From a virus (Duplodnaviria > Caudoviricetes), in the IMG/VR virus record IMGVR_UViG_3300033746_000020, positions 1-27,922 of that record: a stretch of 27,922 bases of DNA; one strand, given 5' to 3'. A program made the position numbers and the translations under genes. The notes beneath the pieces were generated by a model. The model saw only the letters and a list, made by a program, of their open reading frames with translations. It made no database searches and was not told where the DNA came from. Below are positions 26,284-27,922 of this stretch, piece by piece (the first letter of the stretch is position 1; every line of letters starts with the position of its first letter).

Positions 26284-27846
26284 ATGGCAGAGAAAAATAT
26301 AACTGTAATTCCAGCACGAAAAAGAGTTGGAAGTACAGCCGCAAAAGAGATAATAAAGAAACTGCGTGTTGCTGCCTATTGCCGTGTTTCTACAGAAACT
26401 GAAGAACAGAATTCAAGCTATGAGGTGCAGGTTGCACATTATACAGAGTTTATTAAGAAAAATACTGAATGGGAGTTTGCAGGCATATTTGCAGATGACG
26501 GCATATCTGGCACTAACACAAAAAAACGTGAAGAGTTCAACCGTATGATAGATGAGTGCATGGAGGGTAAAATAGATTTAGTTATTTCCAAGTCCATTAG
26601 TCGATTTGCTCGTAATACTCTGGATTGCCTAAAGTACATTAGACAACTCAAGGAGAAGAACATATCGGTATTTTTCGAGAAGGAGAACATCAATACAATG
26701 GATGCCAAGGGTGAAGTATTGCTTACCATTATGGCATCTCTAGCACAGCAAGAAAGTCAGAGCCTTTCGCAGAACGTTAAACTGGGACTTCAATACAGAT
26801 ATCAACAAGGAAAGGTACAGGTCAACCACAAGCGTTTCATGGGGTACACAAAAGACGAAGACGGCAACTTAATAATAGTTCCTGGAGAGGCAAAAATCAT
26901 TAAACGAATTTATAGAGAATACCTTGAGGGCAAAAGCCTGGCGGGTATTGGTAGGGATCTTGAAAAGGATGGTATTTTAACAGCTGCCGGAAAACCAAAG
27001 TGGAGACCAGAAACCTTAAAGAAAATCCTTACGAATGAGAAATACATCGGTGATGCACTTTTGCAAAAGACAACTACAGTTGATTTTCTTACAAAGAAAA
27101 GGGTCAAGAATGAAGGTCATCTCCCGCAGTATTATGTTGAAAATAACCATGATGCTATTATTCCAAAAGAACTTTTTTTACAAGCACAGGAAGAGCTTCA
27201 TCGCCGGAATAACATTTACACAGGTGAAGACAAGAACAAAAGGATTTACAGCAGTAAATACGCTTTGAGCTCCATAACCTTTTGTGGCGATTGTGGTGAT
27301 ATTTACAGACGAGTTTACTGGAACATTCACGGTAGAAAAGAAATTGTTTGGCGATGCGTAACAAGAATCGAGCAAGGCCCCGAAGTTTGTAAGAGCCGAA
27401 CAGTAAAGGAAGGCGATTTATATGATGCTGTTATGACCGCCATTAATAGATTACTTGCTGGCGGTGACAACATGATAAAAACACTGGAAGAAAACATTCA
27501 TGCAGTAATCGGTGACGCTACAGATTATCAAATTTCAGAGATTAACACCTTGCTTGAAGAAAAGCAGAAAGAGTTAATTAGCCTTGCGAATAAAGGGAAA
27601 GACTATGAACCTCTTGCAGATGAGATTGATAACTTGCGTGAAAAACGGCAGAACCTTCTTGTGGAGGATGCATCCTTAAGTGGAGAGAATGAGAGGATCA
27701 ACGAGCTGATAGAATTTATCCGCAACAATAAATACCGTACCCAAAGATATGATGATGCACTTGTAAGAAAGTTAATACAGAATGTTACTGTTTACAATGA
27801 CCACTTTGTAATATGCTTTAAATCTGGCATTGAAGTTGAAGTATGA
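26284..27846 (+). CDS. Large serine recombinase 2
   Basis: [33 protein letters not shown]...C...C, FKSG terminus. Confidence 0.93.
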   Translation: MAEKNITVIPARKRVGSTAAKEIIKKLRVAAYCRVSTETEEQNSSYEVQVAHYTEFIKKNTEWEFAGIFADDGISGTNTKKREEFNRMIDECMEGKIDLVISKSISRFARNTLDCLKYIRQLKEKNISVFFEKENINTMDAKGEVLLTIMASLAQQESQSLSQNVKLGLQYRYQQGKVQVNHKRFMGYTKDEDGNLIIVPGEAKIIKRIYREYLEGKSLAGIGRDLEKDGILTAAGKPKWRPETLKKILTNEKYIGDALLQKTTTVDFLTKKRVKNEGHLPQYYVENNHDAIIPKELFLQAQEELHRRNNIYTGEDKNKRIYSSKYALSSITFCGDCGDIYRRVYWNIHGRKEIVWRCVTRIEQGPEVCKSRTVKEGDLYDAVMTAINRLLAGGDNMIKTLEENIHAVIGDATDYQISEINTLLEEKQKELISLANKGKDYEPLADEIDNLREKRQNLLVEDASLSGENERINELIEFIRNNKYRTQRYDDALVRKLIQNVTVYNDHFVICFKSGIEVEV

Positions 27847-27863
27847 AAAAAGGAACTTAGATG

Positions 27864-27901
27864 GCCCATGACTCTAACGTAGAGTTGTGGGTTTTTCTTT
27901 T
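27864..27901 (+). terminator. Intrinsic terminator after the recombinase cluster
   Basis: GCCCATGACTCTA-ACG-TAGAGTTGTGGGT followed by TTTTCTTTT. Confidence 0.75.
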
Positions 27902-27922
27902 GGTTTATAATTGTAGCAATAT

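Larger units (their letters stand above)
1..27900 (+). mobile_element. Temperate siphovirus-like prophage (partial; left part outside window)
   Basis: Co-oriented packaging-head-tail-lysis genes followed by a replication block and serine recombinases. No host housekeeping genes seen. att sites not identified. Confidence 0.93.

Noticed and set aside
165-27375. Numerous minus-strand and alternative-frame ORFs in the track (e.g. 9472..10170, 8893..9342, 24993..25343)
   Set aside because: They lie within well-supported + strand genes, show no recognisable motifs and are best explained as shadow ORFs.
27847-27922. attR site at the prophage end
   Set aside because: Only a terminator is recognisable; an att core cannot be called without the other end or an empty-site genome.

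Overview
This window is the late/right portion of a temperate siphovirus-like prophage of a low-GC Firmicute (host group inferred from gene families and SigA/Shine-Dalgarno signals), with all real genes on the + strand. Order: partial terminase large subunit, HK97-type portal, ClpP-type maturation protease, major capsid, head-tail joining genes, major tail protein, and a tail assembly chaperone with an unannotated -1 frameshift extension. A self-contained MarR + GNAT cassette (moron) is inserted before the tape measure gene. Then come distal tail, a lectin-Tal tail-tip protein, two small tail-tip proteins, a GH18 glycoside hydrolase with a very large internal insertion, holin and an amidase-LysM endolysin. 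After lysis there is a ~4.8 kb replication block (two small ORFs, DUF2800-like nuclease, DUF2815-like SSB, NUMOD4-HNH endonuclease, family A DNA polymerase) bracketed by two copies of a bipartite motif TCAGATTT-N13-GGCTACCAGGTAG. The window ends with a small SHOCT-like ORF and three tandem serine-recombinase-family genes. Most notable: (i) an apparent carbohydrate-binding jelly-roll domain split across separate tail-tip genes with two alternative C-terminal halves, (ii) the motif-bracketed replication cassette, (iii) the GH18 tail enzyme, (iv) the frameshift signal and the moron. All family assignments come from motif recognition by eye; no searches were run.
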